Shown: one piece after another, positions 24,743 to 25,200 of the stretch
Position numbering within the stretch: the stretch's first letter is position 1
How the letters are laid out: every line of letters starts with the position of its first letter
Virus record (IMG/VR): IMGVR_UViG_3300017757_000139
Location: 1 to 25,200 of that record
Direction: 5' to 3' (one strand)
Length of the DNA stretch: 25,200 bases
Source of the DNA: a virus
Lineage: Duplodnaviria > Caudoviricetes
The notes under the pieces: generated by a model
Told to the model about the DNA's origin: nothing
The model's database searches: none
The model's input: the letters and a program-made list of their open reading frames with translations, nothing else
Made by a program: the position numbers and the translations under genes

Positions 24743-24974
24743 TATAAAATTGAACTTCTGTTATTTAACATTATTGTAAATTGTAAGAAAACTATGCAAA
24801 ACTATAATTTTAAATACCTATCTTCGTGCCTCTTATAAGAGTATATGTTATTCTTCTAATATACTTATAATCGCCACATCCTATAGTAAACATTATTGCT
24901 CATATCGCAAAGTATGTTACAACTTCTAAAATAAATGTTTATTCTACAAACATAGTATTTATAAAATTGAACTT
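24743..24974. repeat. 15-bp direct repeat TATAAAATTGAACTT (two copies)
   Basis: Identical copies at 24743-24757 and 24960-24974 in the noncoding region upstream of the packaging genes. Confidence 0.7.
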
Positions 24975-25200
24975 GTATTCTGTGTGTGTGCGTTTGTGTG
25001 TCCAAAGAGTATATATAAATTGGTTTACGGAATTCAAATACCAACCTTTTATTAATATCTTTTTAGTAAAAAACTCTAGTAATTAAGGTAAATCTGAACA
25101 AAAACTGTTAAAAGTTTGTAAAATACTAGTTATTAACACTTTATATTGATAAAATGTATCTTTTTTTAGTGCAAAGTTGTCTATAAAGAGAAAATTTGCA

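Noticed and set aside
1-25200. Stop-codon reassignment, CRISPR array, tRNA, integrase, intron or intein
   Set aside because: Genes are full-length and densely packed under the standard code. I saw no spaced repeats, cloverleaf, recombinase motifs or insertions in terL, portal or capsid.

Overview
This window is a strongly AT-rich segment of a tailed dsDNA phage with a siphovirus-type gene set. All credible genes are on the minus strand. A Bacteroidota (probably Flavobacteriia) host is inferred from TAnnTTTG promoter boxes, A-rich leaders and no evident Shine-Dalgarno motifs. In transcription order (right to left) the window holds: a noncoding control region, a hypothetical gene, putative terS, terL, a hypothetical gene, a tail chaperone pair with a -1 frameshift, tail completion/tip genes, a neck protein, the tape measure, two Cys-rich genes and an HTH gene, a ClpP-type protease/scaffold, major capsid, major tail, portal, adaptor, minor virion proteins, an M15 endolysin and holin-like genes, a candidate small RNA, a metallophosphoesterase, and a promoter driving a probable ssDNA-annealing protein cut by the window edge. 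The most notable observation is a candidate ~80-nt sRNA at the end of the lysis cassette. Its single-stranded core is antisense to an A-rich leader plus AUG and matches the start regions of two promoter-proximal phage genes. Other points of interest are the displaced chaperone frameshift, a probable nested scaffold gene, a possibly leaderless head operon and a permuted tail-before-head gene order. Functional calls come from motif recognition only; no database searches were run.
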